Shown in pieces: positions 31,059 through 41,218 of a stretch of DNA of 64,000 nt (position 1 is its first letter; each line of letters begins with the position of its first letter). The translations under genes were made by a program, and so were the position numbers. Under the pieces are notes generated by a model. That model ran no database searches, was not told the DNA's origin, and worked only from the letters and a program-made list of their open reading frames with translations. The stretch is from the IMG/VR virus record IMGVR_UViG_3300011871_000003, one strand, 5' to 3'. This stretch comes from an uncultured virus (IMG/VR IMGVR_UViG_3300011871_000003). Lineage: Duplodnaviria; Heunggongvirae; Uroviricota; Caudoviricetes.

Positions 31059-31202
31059 AGAATTTCCCCATTAAAATATAAGTGTATAGTATCATATAGT
31101 CTATTTGTTATCTACTCTTTTTTTATTATTATAAAGACATCTTTTTATTGACTATTTAATAAAAAAAGGTTAAAATGAGAAAAATTTAAAAAAGGCTAAA
31201 AA

Positions 31203-31742
31203 ATGATTATTTTATTTGAGCAAGCAAAAGAACAAGGATTATCGAAATATTTTACAGGTAAACCATGTAGGAATGGTCATATTGCTGAACGCTATGTTTG
31301 TTCTAAAGGTTGTGTTGTTTGTTCTTATGAAAATGAGAAACGTTATAAAAAATCTGATCCCGAAAGAACGACAGCCCGCCGTCAGGCTTATCGCAAAAAG
31401 AATCATACAAGTATTTTGGAGAAAGATCGTAAATACAGAGAAAATAATAGGGAAAAAAGAGCTTTTCATAGAAGAAATTATAAAAAAGTGAATAAAGAAA
31501 GAACGCCGAAATGGTTTGGTGAATTTGACGAGCTTGTTTTGGAAGAGGCTATTGTTTTGTGTAGAGTTAGAGAAAATGAAACAGGTATTGAGTGGCATGT
31601 TGATCATATGTATCCACTACAAGCAAAAAAAGTAAGTGGTTTACATTGTGCTGAAAATTTTCAGGTAATCCCCGGTATAATCAATGTTTCAAAGCAAAAC
31701 AAAATGATTTTAACGCAAAGAAATGAATGGTTAAAATCATGA
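31203..31742 (+). CDS. HNH homing endonuclease
   Basis: YFTGKPCRNGH...C..C N-terminus; WHVDHMYPLQ...GLHCAENFQVI...N.SK.N. Confidence 0.85.
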   Translation: MIILFEQAKEQGLSKYFTGKPCRNGHIAERYVCSKGCVVCSYENEKRYKKSDPERTTARRQAYRKKNHTSILEKDRKYRENNREKRAFHRRNYKKVNKERTPKWFGEFDELVLEEAIVLCRVRENETGIEWHVDHMYPLQAKKVSGLHCAENFQVIPGIINVSKQNKMILTQRNEWLKS

Positions 31743-31810
31743 AAATAGTTGTGCATCATTGATAATAAGTATATAATAGCGACATTATTGATTAAGACGA
31801 GGTGTTAAAA

Positions 31811-32071
31811 ATGTTCGTATTCGTTAACAAGAAAACAGGTAAAATCTTAGGCATTGAGGTTCAGAGCAATGATGGTGCTGAATTCTGCAATTCTATTGAA
31901 GTTTCTTTTGACGAATATTCAGATACACCTTTTGTTGGTTCATCTATTGATGAAATGAATAGCGTGATTAATCATGATCCAGACTGGTATGATTCTGGTC
32001 TCAAAACCCCCCGTCATGGTAGTGTGAAACTGGAAGACTATGAAATTAAAAAATTACAACTGGTGAGCTAA
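31811..32071 (+). CDS. hypothetical protein
   Basis: GAGGTG SD; promoter at 31749. Confidence 0.7.
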   Translation: MFVFVNKKTGKILGIEVQSNDGAEFCNSIEVSFDEYSDTPFVGSSIDEMNSVINHDPDWYDSGLKTPRHGSVKLEDYEIKKLQLVS

Positions 32072-32072
32072 T

Positions 32073-32300
32073 ATGATTTGTTATCAAGAAAAAGATATTG
32101 AAAAACATGGGCTATTCAAGGTAGGAGAATGTCCTGATGGTGATAGTGCTTCTTATTGGTTTAAGAATAAGTTTGCATTAGAAAACAATATTGATTTAGG
32201 TAGTATTCATGGTTTAAGAACAGAGCCAAATAAATGGATGCTTTTTGTTGTTGAAGGGCCACATAAGCCATACCAAAATCAACCACTACTTAATTTTTAA
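32073..32300 (+). CDS. hypothetical protein
   Basis: 75 aa, operonic spacing. Confidence 0.65.
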   Translation: MICYQEKDIEKHGLFKVGECPDGDSASYWFKNKFALENNIDLGSIHGLRTEPNKWMLFVVEGPHKPYQNQPLLNF

Positions 32301-32309
32301 GGTGATAAA

Positions 32310-32543
32310 ATGTCTATCGAAATTCATGGTGATGTAACAGAAGAACAATTTGAGCATTATTGCAAAAATCATACGCATGTAATCATTAATGGTAATATTA
32401 TTACGAAAGCTGAACGAGAACGGAAAGAAAAAGAAGAACAAGATCGGATTAGCAAAGAAAAGCGAAAAAAGAAAATTGCTAATTGGACATTGGCTATCGT
32501 TATTGTTGTAGCGTTGGTTGTATTATCCAGTCTGCCTAATTAA
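32310..32543 (+). CDS. small membrane protein
   Basis: C-terminal hydrophobic helix. Confidence 0.65.
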   Translation: MSIEIHGDVTEEQFEHYCKNHTHVIINGNIITKAERERKEKEEQDRISKEKRKKKIANWTLAIVIVVALVVLSSLPN

Positions 32544-32613
32544 AAATAAGAAATATTAAGTAGTTCAAATAAAGAATATTGTAATGTTATATCAATGATT
32601 AAGGGGTTATAAA

Positions 32614-32865
32614 ATGACAATGAAAGGTAAAATTACACTAAACTATGAATGGTTCAACGCTCAAAATCCAAATGCTGAAATTAAATCCTCTCACCAAGAG
32701 GCATTAAAAGAAACAGCCGAAGATCATATCATTAAGATGTTAGGTAAAGGCAAGACCGAAGGTAGTCTTGTTGATAATGTGCGTTTTGATGATAGCGATG
32801 GTGATGAAGGTATTGAATATCGTGGTTCATGGAGTATGAGAACGGAAAACGGGACTGAATCATAA
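32614..32865 (+). CDS. hypothetical protein
   Basis: 83 aa ORF with SD. Confidence 0.7.
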   Translation: MTMKGKITLNYEWFNAQNPNAEIKSSHQEALKETAEDHIIKMLGKGKTEGSLVDNVRFDDSDGDEGIEYRGSWSMRTENGTES

Positions 32866-33013
32866 AATATTTGTCCATTTGCGTCAGTTGAAAAGATAAT
32901 CATCTTATTGTTAAATAAGGTGATTTTTATTTTATTTTTATTGATGTTGTTCTTGTGCAGGATAACAGTAAGTGATATAATAGCTTCATAAATTTGATTG
33001 AGAGGATTTTAAA

Positions 33014-33253
33014 ATGAATACATCGCATGATCTTGTAACTATCGAGTGTTCTATTGAAGAAGTGCGAAATGGTTTGGTAGCTCAGGAAGCTTCTAAATAT
33101 TTCAATATAGAGCACGATTTGACAGAAAATATTTTAAATGGTTTTGCTGATAATATCGGTAATGATGATGATGGGATCGTTTTACTTAGTTTGATTATGG
33201 ATACTGACAAATCTGACAATGATCGCACTCTGAATCTGGCTATCAGCTATTAA
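33014..33253 (+). CDS. hypothetical acidic protein
   Basis: GAGG SD; promoter at 32953. Confidence 0.7.
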   Translation: MNTSHDLVTIECSIEEVRNGLVAQEASKYFNIEHDLTENILNGFADNIGNDDDGIVLLSLIMDTDKSDNDRTLNLAISY

Positions 33254-33273
33254 AGATAAAATTAAGGAGACTT

Positions 33274-33552
33274 ATGAAACTTCATCCTATGGTTTTAAAA
33301 GTTTTTTGTGATGTAGATGAGTTGGAAAATGGTTCTGTTGCTGAGAGAGTCGCAGAGCATTTTAAAGATTTTTCAAAGTTAAATACTAAAGATTTAACCG
33401 ATGAGTTACTTGATTGCTATCATGAAGCTGATGTGGAGCGTTATGCACTACATAACGAAGGTTCTCAAAGAAGCAAAAATGTAGAGTTTAGTATGTATAT
33501 GGGCTGTGATGATGATCGTAATAGTCTTGTTCTTAACGTAGTTGTTGAATAA
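33274..33552 (+). CDS. hypothetical acidic protein
   Basis: AAGGAG SD. Confidence 0.7.
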   Translation: MKLHPMVLKVFCDVDELENGSVAERVAEHFKDFSKLNTKDLTDELLDCYHEADVERYALHNEGSQRSKNVEFSMYMGCDDDRNSLVLNVVVE

Positions 33553-33562
33553 CGAGGTTAAC

Positions 33563-33868
33563 ATGAAATTAGACATTCAAGTATCTGGTCAGAAAATCAG
33601 CGGTGGATGGGTTAGTTGGAATTATAAAAAACTGGAATCAGATAAGGATACTGATTATATTACTATTAGGGATGAACTAATTAAGAAACTCGATTTAAAA
33701 GTTGGTCCGAAAACTGGACGTATCAAAAAAGTTTCTAAAAGTATCACTCTTGGTGAGTTAGCCTCTCTTGAGCTAAGTATTTTTATGCCAGATAACTTCT
33801 CTTTTGGTAGAAATAGTTTTCCTGATACAAAAATCTTGAATATCAAAATCAATGAATGGGATAATTAA
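33563..33868 (+). CDS. hypothetical protein
   Basis: GAGG SD before MKLDIQ. Confidence 0.65.
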   Translation: MKLDIQVSGQKISGGWVSWNYKKLESDKDTDYITIRDELIKKLDLKVGPKTGRIKKVSKSITLGELASLELSIFMPDNFSFGRNSFPDTKILNIKINEWDN

Positions 33869-33909
33869 GGTCACTATGTGGCCTTTTTACTATCTGAAAT
33901 AGGTGAGAT

Positions 33910-34128
33910 ATGGGAAAATCAATAGAAGATTACTGTGTTGAAGCAAATAAAAGAAGTGCTCAATACCTCAAAGAAGCTAATGAAAGAAGTGATGCATATT
34001 TAAAAGCTGTAAATGAGAGAACAAATAAGTATATTAGTTCTTTAAATCGAACAGGTATGCTTCTATTGACCTTATGTGTATTAGATATTGGCTTCATTTT
34101 CTATGTTGTTTGGTTTAAACCTTTCTAA
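33910..34128 (+). CDS. small membrane protein with three 11-aa repeats
   Basis: Y..EANKRS, YLKEANERS, YLKAVNERT repeats; C-terminal TM helix. Confidence 0.65.
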   Translation: MGKSIEDYCVEANKRSAQYLKEANERSDAYLKAVNERTNKYISSLNRTGMLLLTLCVLDIGFIFYVVWFKPF

Positions 34129-34144
34129 AATAAGAGGTAAAAAA

Positions 34145-34312
34145 ATGTTAAGTTTTGAAGAACGAAAAGCACTTCTTAATAAAGCGCTATCAGAATATAC
34201 ACCAGAAGAGTTAGCTAAAAAGTTAGACTCATATCCAAAAGGTGGTCCAACGATTGAAGAATTTGGAAAACAGCTACAAAAACAGATTGGAATATTACAA
34301 AAAAAGCCCTGA
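34145..34312 (+). CDS. small hypothetical protein
   Basis: GAGG SD before MLSFEERK. Confidence 0.6.
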   Translation: MLSFEERKALLNKALSEYTPEELAKKLDSYPKGGPTIEEFGKQLQKQIGILQKKP

Positions 34313-34331
34313 TGGGCTTTTTTAATAACAT

Positions 34332-34760
34332 TTATATTTTATCCAATATAATATTAAATGTATATCCATCACGTTGATATACTCCAAAGAAGTTTTCATT
34401 ATCGGATAATAAAACCTTATCCTTTAAAATGATATTTCTGAAGGTTAACTCTTTACAATCTAATACTTTATATACACCTTCAAAATTATAAACATTGTCT
34501 GTTTCAGTTTTTTTCAATGAGCTTTGTAGCAACAAAGAATCTCCCTGAAAAGAGCTATCAAAACCTTCACATTTTCTTGAAACCGGATATGAACTTAAAT
34601 TTTCTACAAGCTCTCCATCGTCCGATAAATAACTAGATGAACTAATATTATTAACTAAAGATATAGTAGATTTATAATTATTTGATGCAGCAAAGGAAGG
34701 GATAGATAAAGAACCAAGAAAAAAAGAAAAAAACATTACGCCTAAAATTTTATTTTTCAT
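34332..34760 (-). CDS. secreted hypothetical protein
   Basis: Signal peptide ending SFA; AGGAG SD. Confidence 0.7.
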   Translation of the reverse strand: MKNKILGVMFFSFFLGSLSIPSFAASNNYKSTISLVNNISSSSYLSDDGELVENLSSYPVSRKCEGFDSSFQGDSLLLQSSLKKTETDNVYNFEGVYKVLDCKELTFRNIILKDKVLLSDNENFFGVYQRDGYTFNIILDKI

Positions 34761-34819
34761 ATTATTCTCCTATATTTTGCGATATAATAAGAGAATAATA
34801 GAAAAAAATCAAAAAATAA

Positions 34820-35008
34820 TCAGTACCAGTCCCCCGGCGTTAGCATTGAAGCAAGTTGGATGCGCATTGATTGATATTTGCCAAAGAAAATCCAACGATA
34901 TAAAAAGTTCTTCTTTTTAAAATCATCCATTCGTTTCGCTAAATCATTATAAACATCAACTTTTTCATTATAAGAAGCATTTTCGCTTCCCGGAAGTTTC
35001 ATCATCAT
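34820..35008 (-). CDS. small hypothetical protein
   Basis: AGGAG SD. Confidence 0.6.
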   Translation of the reverse strand: MMMKLPGSENASYNEKVDVYNDLAKRMDDFKKKNFLYRWIFFGKYQSMRIQLASMLTPGDWY

Positions 35009-35075
35009 ATAAAAATCTCCTATTGTAATAATGAAAAAGCCACCTTGCGGTGGCTTATTTTAAATCTAAAAAGCA

Positions 35076-35291
35076 TTACTTAGTTACAGCGATGATACCA
35101 AGTGTCAGACCAGCTACAGCAGCAGCACCTGCTGCAACAGCGCCAGCAGTAGTCCAACGATCAGCATTGGTAGCTTCTGCAGACGGATGATAAACACCCT
35201 GCTCATCATAATAACCTTTTTCTGGACCAGACGCACAACCAGCCAGAGTCAGAGCAATAAGAGTAGCAGCAATCATTTTTTTCATCTTCAA
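35076..35291 (-). CDS. small lipoprotein with C-terminal Gly/Ala-rich membrane helix
   Basis: Lipobox LAGC; AGAVAAGAAAVAGLTLGIIA. Confidence 0.75.
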   Translation of the reverse strand: MKMKKMIAATLIALTLAGCASGPEKGYYDEQGVYHPSAEATNADRWTTAGAVAAGAAAVAGLTLGIIAVTK

Positions 35292-35477
35292 GTTCCTATT
35301 TAAGTTAATGTTCTTTGTCGTTTCAATAAGATAAGTATAGTCTTTTACGTGATGTAATACAAGTCTTTTTTGTCAATACACGTAAATAACGAAAAGAAAA
35401 AATCAAATAAAAAACTGTACTGTTAAAATGATTTTTGTTATAATCCTATCTATAATCCATGAATTTAAGAGAAAGTC

Positions 35478-35687
35478 ATGAATAAAAAAGAAGCATTAAA
35501 AATTGTAAGAGAAAGAAGAACTCTCCAAAAAGAGAGAAAAAGATTAGCCGACAGAATGTGGAAAGGAAAGTTATCCTTATCAGAAAGAGAACTATATCAA
35601 AAAAGATTGAAAGAAACTGATAAGGGAATTGAGGAGCAATATCCTCGTTATGTTGAGGCTTTTAAATTTTTACTTGTTCCTAACTAA
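35478..35687 (+). CDS. small basic hypothetical protein
   Basis: 69 aa. Confidence 0.6.
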   Translation: MNKKEALKIVRERRTLQKERKRLADRMWKGKLSLSERELYQKRLKETDKGIEEQYPRYVEAFKFLLVPN

Positions 35688-35704
35688 TAAAAGAGAAAGA
35701 GAAT

Positions 35705-36016
35705 ATGACTATAAATAAAATTCAACAAGCATTTGAAGAAACTGTATTGAAAAATGATGAAGACGAACTTGGTCTTGAAAAATTTGATGACGGTACGATG
35801 TGGGGTAGTGAAGATTTAACCAATTGTTATGAAGATACTACAACAGAAATGTGTTTTTCTTTTTATCAAATGGGGGTAGATAGTAAAGAGCGAGACTTTT
35901 TTGAAAGTAAGTTAAAAGAAGCAACAGGGAATGACGAAGAAGATTTAAGCAGAGTTGGCGATGGATATGCTGACTCCTTTGTGAATCTAATGTGGAAATA
36001 CTTTAAACTTTCTTAA
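35705..36016 (+). CDS. hypothetical acidic protein
   Basis: 103 aa. Confidence 0.7.
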   Translation: MTINKIQQAFEETVLKNDEDELGLEKFDDGTMWGSEDLTNCYEDTTTEMCFSFYQMGVDSKERDFFESKLKEATGNDEEDLSRVGDGYADSFVNLMWKYFKLS

Positions 36017-36026
36017 AAGAGGTATT

Positions 36027-36398
36027 ATGAAAATATATAAAGAGTTTTATTTTGAAAATTGTTCTCCTCAATATTTCTCTATGTTGAGCAAAACAGAAGA
36101 AATGGTGTTAAATAGAAAAGCGCCTTTGCTTGCTGATTATATTAGTAAGCATTTTTTAGATATATTAAATTTCATGTCTGATTATACCAGATGTAAATAT
36201 GAAGATTGGAGAGACGGATTTTTTAATCAAGAGTTTGGTGTAGGTAAGTCTATTGGATGTATGAAAATTCTAAATCCTAAGCTTTATGCTGATGTAAATA
36301 AATCTTTTGTAGATTATGATGGTGGCTGTAAACCTTTGAATTTGTTTTTGGCTGAAAATATGATCGATATGTTAAATAATGATTTTGAAAAGTATTAA
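36027..36398 (+). CDS. hypothetical protein
   Basis: 123 aa, GAGG SD. Confidence 0.7.
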   Translation: MKIYKEFYFENCSPQYFSMLSKTEEMVLNRKAPLLADYISKHFLDILNFMSDYTRCKYEDWRDGFFNQEFGVGKSIGCMKILNPKLYADVNKSFVDYDGGCKPLNLFLAENMIDMLNNDFEKY

Positions 36399-36498
36399 GT
36401 AGTAAATTTTAAAAGATAGTCGGGAGGCTATCTTTTTTGTTTTTGTTCCAAAAATATTATAAAATATAACTCATATAAAATATAATAAGGAATAAAAA

Positions 36499-37419
36499 AT
36501 GTATTATTCATCAAATGAAGTATATGCGGGATTTATTAGATCTGTAGGTGGATGGGATAGATTTAAAAATATATTGGATAATCAACTTTTACTTGCGAAT
36601 AACAACGAAGAAAAACTATTAACATTTAAGAAAAACTTTATAAGAGTTAATGATAGTTATGTTATAGATGAGTTTATATCTCATAATAAAAAAGAAATAG
36701 AGAAATATACAGTTAGCCGTTTTGAAGAAAGGATAGAAAAAACGTTAGCTATAGAAAAATTTAATACTATGAATATATATAAAGATTTTTTTATTTTAGG
36801 AATAGTAATGGATTATGAGCAAAATAAAAATATATTCGATAATGCTAAAAATAAAGAAGAAGATTTAGATCCACTACTTGAAGGTATAACACATATAAAC
36901 GTATATACTAAGTCGAAGTTTTCTTTAGGGAAAGGATTAAGTAATTTAGCGAATATTGGATTTGATATTGATGAACAGCATTTTCAATCACTAGAAGGTT
37001 TTTGGTATTGGAATATTACTGGAAAAAGATATGATTCTTTCAAAAATATGACAGGGTTCGAAGCAAAGAAAAAAGGCTTAGTACTATGTGAAGAAGGAAG
37101 TGCTGTAACAAACAGTGATGATCCAGCTTTCCAAGAAGAAATAAAAAGAGCTATAAGAGCTAAAATAAAACAAAATCCAGAATTGTTAACAGATTTGATT
37201 AAAAGCACGTTGCCTTTAAAGCATTATTATTACCATCAAGGAACTAAAAACATTTTAGCTTTTAAGATAACGGATAAATCAAAATATCAATGGCAGTTGG
37301 ATGAAATGGAAAGGATAAGAGAACTTTGTCAGAAGAAAATGCATGAAGTAGGTCAACTAAGCTCATATCCACCATTAGAAAACGAACTTGCTAAAATAAC
37401 TAGGCCACGATTTAAATAA
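36499..37419 (+). CDS. NADAR-like domain protein
   Basis: THINVYTKS...LG..LSN, FQSLEGFWYW, AIRAKIKQNPEL...L..S.LPL.HYY. Confidence 0.55.
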   Translation: MYYSSNEVYAGFIRSVGGWDRFKNILDNQLLLANNNEEKLLTFKKNFIRVNDSYVIDEFISHNKKEIEKYTVSRFEERIEKTLAIEKFNTMNIYKDFFILGIVMDYEQNKNIFDNAKNKEEDLDPLLEGITHINVYTKSKFSLGKGLSNLANIGFDIDEQHFQSLEGFWYWNITGKRYDSFKNMTGFEAKKKGLVLCEEGSAVTNSDDPAFQEEIKRAIRAKIKQNPELLTDLIKSTLPLKHYYYHQGTKNILAFKITDKSKYQWQLDEMERIRELCQKKMHEVGQLSSYPPLENELAKITRPRFK

Positions 37420-37432
37420 TAGAGGAAATAAA

Positions 37433-37960
37433 ATGAATATACCAGCATCAATTAAAACATCTTTAAAAGTGCGTGATAGATTTTCTTGTGTTATTTTAGA
37501 CAATAATAGAGATATTATTGGACAATACGAAGGTTACGTTCCTTCATTCTTCCCCGGAAATCATTATGGTGATTATCTTGAACTAAAAATTGATTTAGAA
37601 ACGGGACAAATTTTAAATTGGGGAGAAGAAATAACTAAACTTGATCTTATAGAACTAATTACTAAAGATATTAATTATGATGAGTTCGAAGATGAACGAG
37701 AAGATAAAGAATTATTGGATTTTGCTAATAAAGTTGATGTTTTGAAAATATCGGCAAAAGTATCCGATTCTTTTTTCTGCATTATTTATGATAAAGATTA
37801 TCATAGTATTGGAGAATATAGTGGTTATGTTCCTTCATTTTTCCCCGGAAATCATTATGGTGACTATGTGATGTTAGATATTGAGTTAAAAACAAGAAAA
37901 ATATTAAACTGGAAAAAGGTTACTCCAGAAGATCTTGAGAGTTTTGGAGAACTGGAATAA
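37433..37960 (+). CDS. hypothetical protein with an internal tandem duplication
   Basis: GYVPSFFPGNHYGDY...ILNW occurs twice. Confidence 0.8.
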   Translation: MNIPASIKTSLKVRDRFSCVILDNNRDIIGQYEGYVPSFFPGNHYGDYLELKIDLETGQILNWGEEITKLDLIELITKDINYDEFEDEREDKELLDFANKVDVLKISAKVSDSFFCIIYDKDYHSIGEYSGYVPSFFPGNHYGDYVMLDIELKTRKILNWKKVTPEDLESFGELE

Positions 37961-37962
37961 AA

Positions 37963-38283
37963 ATGTCTAAAATAATTATAGACTTTAATAAGATTTCAGA
38001 AGAAACAGGAAAAAGATTATTTGCTGGAAGAGAAAATGGCAAACAAGGCCAAATTCTTTTTGGTCTTAATAGCATAGAAAAAGATGTTATATTTGACATA
38101 ACAATAGGAACAGGAATAGTTGTTTCAAGTTCTTATTATTTTGGTTTATTGAAAGAGCATGTCATTATTTTCAATAATGGAAATGAGTTTTTAGAAAAAG
38201 TATATTTTAACGGCGAAAAATATCAAAAAAGTATTCTTCCAGAGCTTGATAGAGCTGTTAGAAGAGTTTTCAGAAATTATTAA
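37963..38283 (+). CDS. STAS-like (DUF4325-type) protein
   Basis: GRENGK...VSSSYYFGL pattern. Confidence 0.45.
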   Translation: MSKIIIDFNKISEETGKRLFAGRENGKQGQILFGLNSIEKDVIFDITIGTGIVVSSSYYFGLLKEHVIIFNNGNEFLEKVYFNGEKYQKSILPELDRAVRRVFRNY

Positions 38284-38297
38284 AAAAGGCGGTTGAT

Positions 38298-38666
38298 ATG
38301 AGTTGTGGTTATCAAGGTTACGAATTTGGAGCGCATTATTTAGACAGTATATGTAGCGATGGCTATCTATGGGATGCGGATAGTGGAGATGGTAATTATC
38401 TCGATAATGGTGGTGATATTCCTTGTCCAAAATGTAATAAGAAAGCATGGTTGGATTATTATAGAGATGAAATTATCGACTGTGGTAGAGAAGATGGATA
38501 CGAAAAGAAAAAATTTAAAGTAGTAAAATATGGCGGATATCCAGAAGAAATAAGAGCAGATGCGATTTCAATGGGTAAATGTTCAAGATGGTTTAAGCGT
38601 GGATATTATCAAGGTTTAGCAGAAAGAGCTAAAGATATTAAAAATAATGAATATACTCCCTTATAA
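38298..38666 (+). CDS. phage hypothetical protein with putative zinc site
   Basis: SCGY...C.DGYLWD...PCPKCN. Confidence 0.7.
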   Translation: MSCGYQGYEFGAHYLDSICSDGYLWDADSGDGNYLDNGGDIPCPKCNKKAWLDYYRDEIIDCGREDGYEKKKFKVVKYGGYPEEIRADAISMGKCSRWFKRGYYQGLAERAKDIKNNEYTPL

Positions 38667-39525
38667 AATGGAAAGCAAAGAGATGAATAAAATAAAAAAG
38701 ATATTAGATAAATATAATATAATAAAAGGAACAGAGCTTGATCAATACTTATCTTTTCAAAAACAGATGTTAGATTCAGGTTTATTTAGTGCTATAAAAC
38801 ATTTAGAGGAATCTGATAGTAATATAGCAAAGTTAGCTATTTATAAACTAACATTCAGTGGTTTTGAAGATTTTAAAAAAATAATAAAATCAGAGCTTCT
38901 TACACAAGATCAAAGAGACGCTATAGCGAAAAGATTATTAACATATGATGGATGCCAACAAATTTTAAGCTTCAACGCTTATTGGGATGGTTATGATGAT
39001 GCATTAACTAATAATTATTATAAAAACATACTTTTTTGTAATAATACAGATCTTTATATAAGTTCTATGTTAGAAAATATGAAAAAGTTAATAAAAGATA
39101 TTAAAGAAACTGATATAAAAGAAGAAGATTTAGTAAATCATATCATTACAGAATATAATAAAGCTGTAATGTTTTTATTAAAAAATGGGTATGTGCATTT
39201 CCCAAGTCTTTATAATGATAGATATTCTGTAAAACCTAATGAATTTGAAGAAGAGTATGATAAATATTGTAGAAGGCGTTTTATTTTATCGGAAAGAATG
39301 GTAAGTGAAGAAGATGATAATGATAATATACATATAAATCACTCACTATTAAATAGAATTCTACAATTTATTATTGATGAAAAAGTTTATTTTTATGAAC
39401 TAAAAGAAGATTTACATAATCTTATTAAGGTTTTTAATAATGTTAATTATATGAATAAATATGATACTTTAGAATGTGTAAAAATGATTAGAAAGATAAA
39501 ATCTGACATGGAAAATAATATATGA
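38647..39525 (+). CDS. hypothetical protein
   Basis: ~290 aa, extremely AT-rich; start uncertain. Confidence 0.7.
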   Translation: MNILPYKMESKEMNKIKKILDKYNIIKGTELDQYLSFQKQMLDSGLFSAIKHLEESDSNIAKLAIYKLTFSGFEDFKKIIKSELLTQDQRDAIAKRLLTYDGCQQILSFNAYWDGYDDALTNNYYKNILFCNNTDLYISSMLENMKKLIKDIKETDIKEEDLVNHIITEYNKAVMFLLKNGYVHFPSLYNDRYSVKPNEFEEEYDKYCRRRFILSERMVSEEDDNDNIHINHSLLNRILQFIIDEKVYFYELKEDLHNLIKVFNNVNYMNKYDTLECVKMIRKIKSDMENNI

Positions 39526-40424
39526 AAAACAATAAAAAATATAAGAAATCTTTAGATTCTAATAATAAAAACGATAATAAGTTTGATTTCAGTGTATTAA
39601 AAAAAGAAAAATATAATAATTTAATCAATGTAAAGAGAAAATGTAATCTTACATTATTAAATATTGTATTTAAATATGTAGTTATGTTGGCTTCTAATAT
39701 AAGCTATAAAGAATTCTATCCAATAAAACATCTAGGTAGAAGAGATTTAATAAACAATTATAATTTATCTTTAGAAGAAGATATGCATGGTAATTCAAAT
39801 GGTGATTATTCAAGAGTTACTGAAAATTATTTAGAAAGAAAATATAATTTAAAAAGGCTAAATAAAATATCTCAAATATCACAATGCATAGATGAAATAT
39901 TTTATATAGCATTACTTGAGTTAAAAATTAATGAAAATTATAATGTGGTTAAAAAAGATCTATTTGAAGTTGAACAGGAAGTAAAATGTTTAGATTATGA
40001 AAAAAACATTGTAAAAGAATTATTAGATTATGTTATAAAGGATATATCACCTAAAATAAAAGGAAAAAAAATAATATTCGATCCAGAATTTTCGAATATT
40101 TGTTATAAAAATAGAAAAAGGTCTATAGATTTCATTGTTGATGATACTATTTTTAAAGTAATAATAAGTAGAAACGGAATGATTCAAAAAAGAGATATTT
40201 CAAGTTTATTGATATGTAATAAAGAAAATCATGTTTTAGAAGATTTATTGGTAGCTGAAGATATAAAGAAAGTAGGTATATATTTGCCTTTACAAAATAA
40301 AATATGTAAATGGAATTTAGAATGTTTTCATAATAATTATAATGAAGACGAAATCAAAATTCTTGATCGTTCATTTATAAAAATTATAGATATGATATTA
40401 AAAGATTTAGAAGAAGATGATTGA
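39522..40424 (+). CDS. hypothetical protein, possibly a degenerate PD-(D/E)xK fold
   Basis: FDPEF...IDFIVDDTIF...KVGIYLP; ATGA overlap with the previous gene. Confidence 0.6.
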   Translation: MKNNKKYKKSLDSNNKNDNKFDFSVLKKEKYNNLINVKRKCNLTLLNIVFKYVVMLASNISYKEFYPIKHLGRRDLINNYNLSLEEDMHGNSNGDYSRVTENYLERKYNLKRLNKISQISQCIDEIFYIALLELKINENYNVVKKDLFEVEQEVKCLDYEKNIVKELLDYVIKDISPKIKGKKIIFDPEFSNICYKNRKRSIDFIVDDTIFKVIISRNGMIQKRDISSLLICNKENHVLEDLLVAEDIKKVGIYLPLQNKICKWNLECFHNNYNEDEIKILDRSFIKIIDMILKDLEEDD

Positions 40425-40474
40425 TTTCTATCTAAAAGCGTCTTAGGGCGCTTTTATTATAAAAAGGATAAAAA

Positions 40475-40768
40475 ATGAAAGAAAAACCTATATTAAGATT
40501 ATTTGCTGACTATTGTTGTGGTTTTGCTTTATGGAACAACTTTGATCATGAGATTCTTGATGGTTCAGAGGAACAGCTAATAGAGTTAGGTATATCTCCT
40601 ACTACTCTTGTTTTATTAAAAGCAATAGTACAGGTTCATGATTGGGAGCCACCAGATGAAGATCCAACAGAAGAGTCTATAGTAGCGTATTCGTATTTAA
40701 TAAATATGGCTAAAGTACGTTTAGAGCACGAAATTGGTGATAGATTTACGATAGTTGTTGTGGACTAA
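40475..40768 (+). CDS. hypothetical protein
   Basis: LRLFADY...LW motif; AAGGA SD. Confidence 0.7.
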   Translation: MKEKPILRLFADYCCGFALWNNFDHEILDGSEEQLIELGISPTTLVLLKAIVQVHDWEPPDEDPTEESIVAYSYLINMAKVRLEHEIGDRFTIVVVD

Positions 40769-40772
40769 AATT

Positions 40773-41216
40773 ATGACAAGAATAAATCTTGTTTCACCAG
40801 AAGAGTTAACAGATCAACATCTGATGAGAGAGTATCAAGAGCTTCCACGTATTGTTGGTCTTGTAAGAAAAGCGATTCATAGGGGAAAAAAGCCTTCTGA
40901 TTTTAAAATAGCTCATGATTATATTCTTGGTTCTGGACACGTCACCTTTTTCTATAATAAACTTGAGTTTCTACAAAAAAGACAACTATTATTGATAGAA
41001 GAATTGCTGAAAAGAGAATACAAAATTATACATCAAAATGGGCTTAACCTTATTGATATTCCAGATGAATGGAAAAGAGATTATATCCCGACCACTAATG
41101 GATTAATGCTATCCAGAGAACGTATAAGAGAAAAAATTTTAATGAAGCCTCATTGGTATAAATATAAAGGTAAGCCAATAGATATTTCTCAATATATAAA
41201 TAAAAATAGGAGTTAA
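40773..41216 (+). CDS. denV: pyrimidine-dimer DNA glycosylase / endonuclease V
   Basis: MTRINLV...LTDQHLMREYQELPRI, LGSGHVTFFYNKL, KP.WY as in T4 DenV. Confidence 0.95.
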   Translation: MTRINLVSPEELTDQHLMREYQELPRIVGLVRKAIHRGKKPSDFKIAHDYILGSGHVTFFYNKLEFLQKRQLLLIEELLKREYKIIHQNGLNLIDIPDEWKRDYIPTTNGLMLSRERIREKILMKPHWYKYKGKPIDISQYINKNRS

Positions 41217-41218
41217 AC

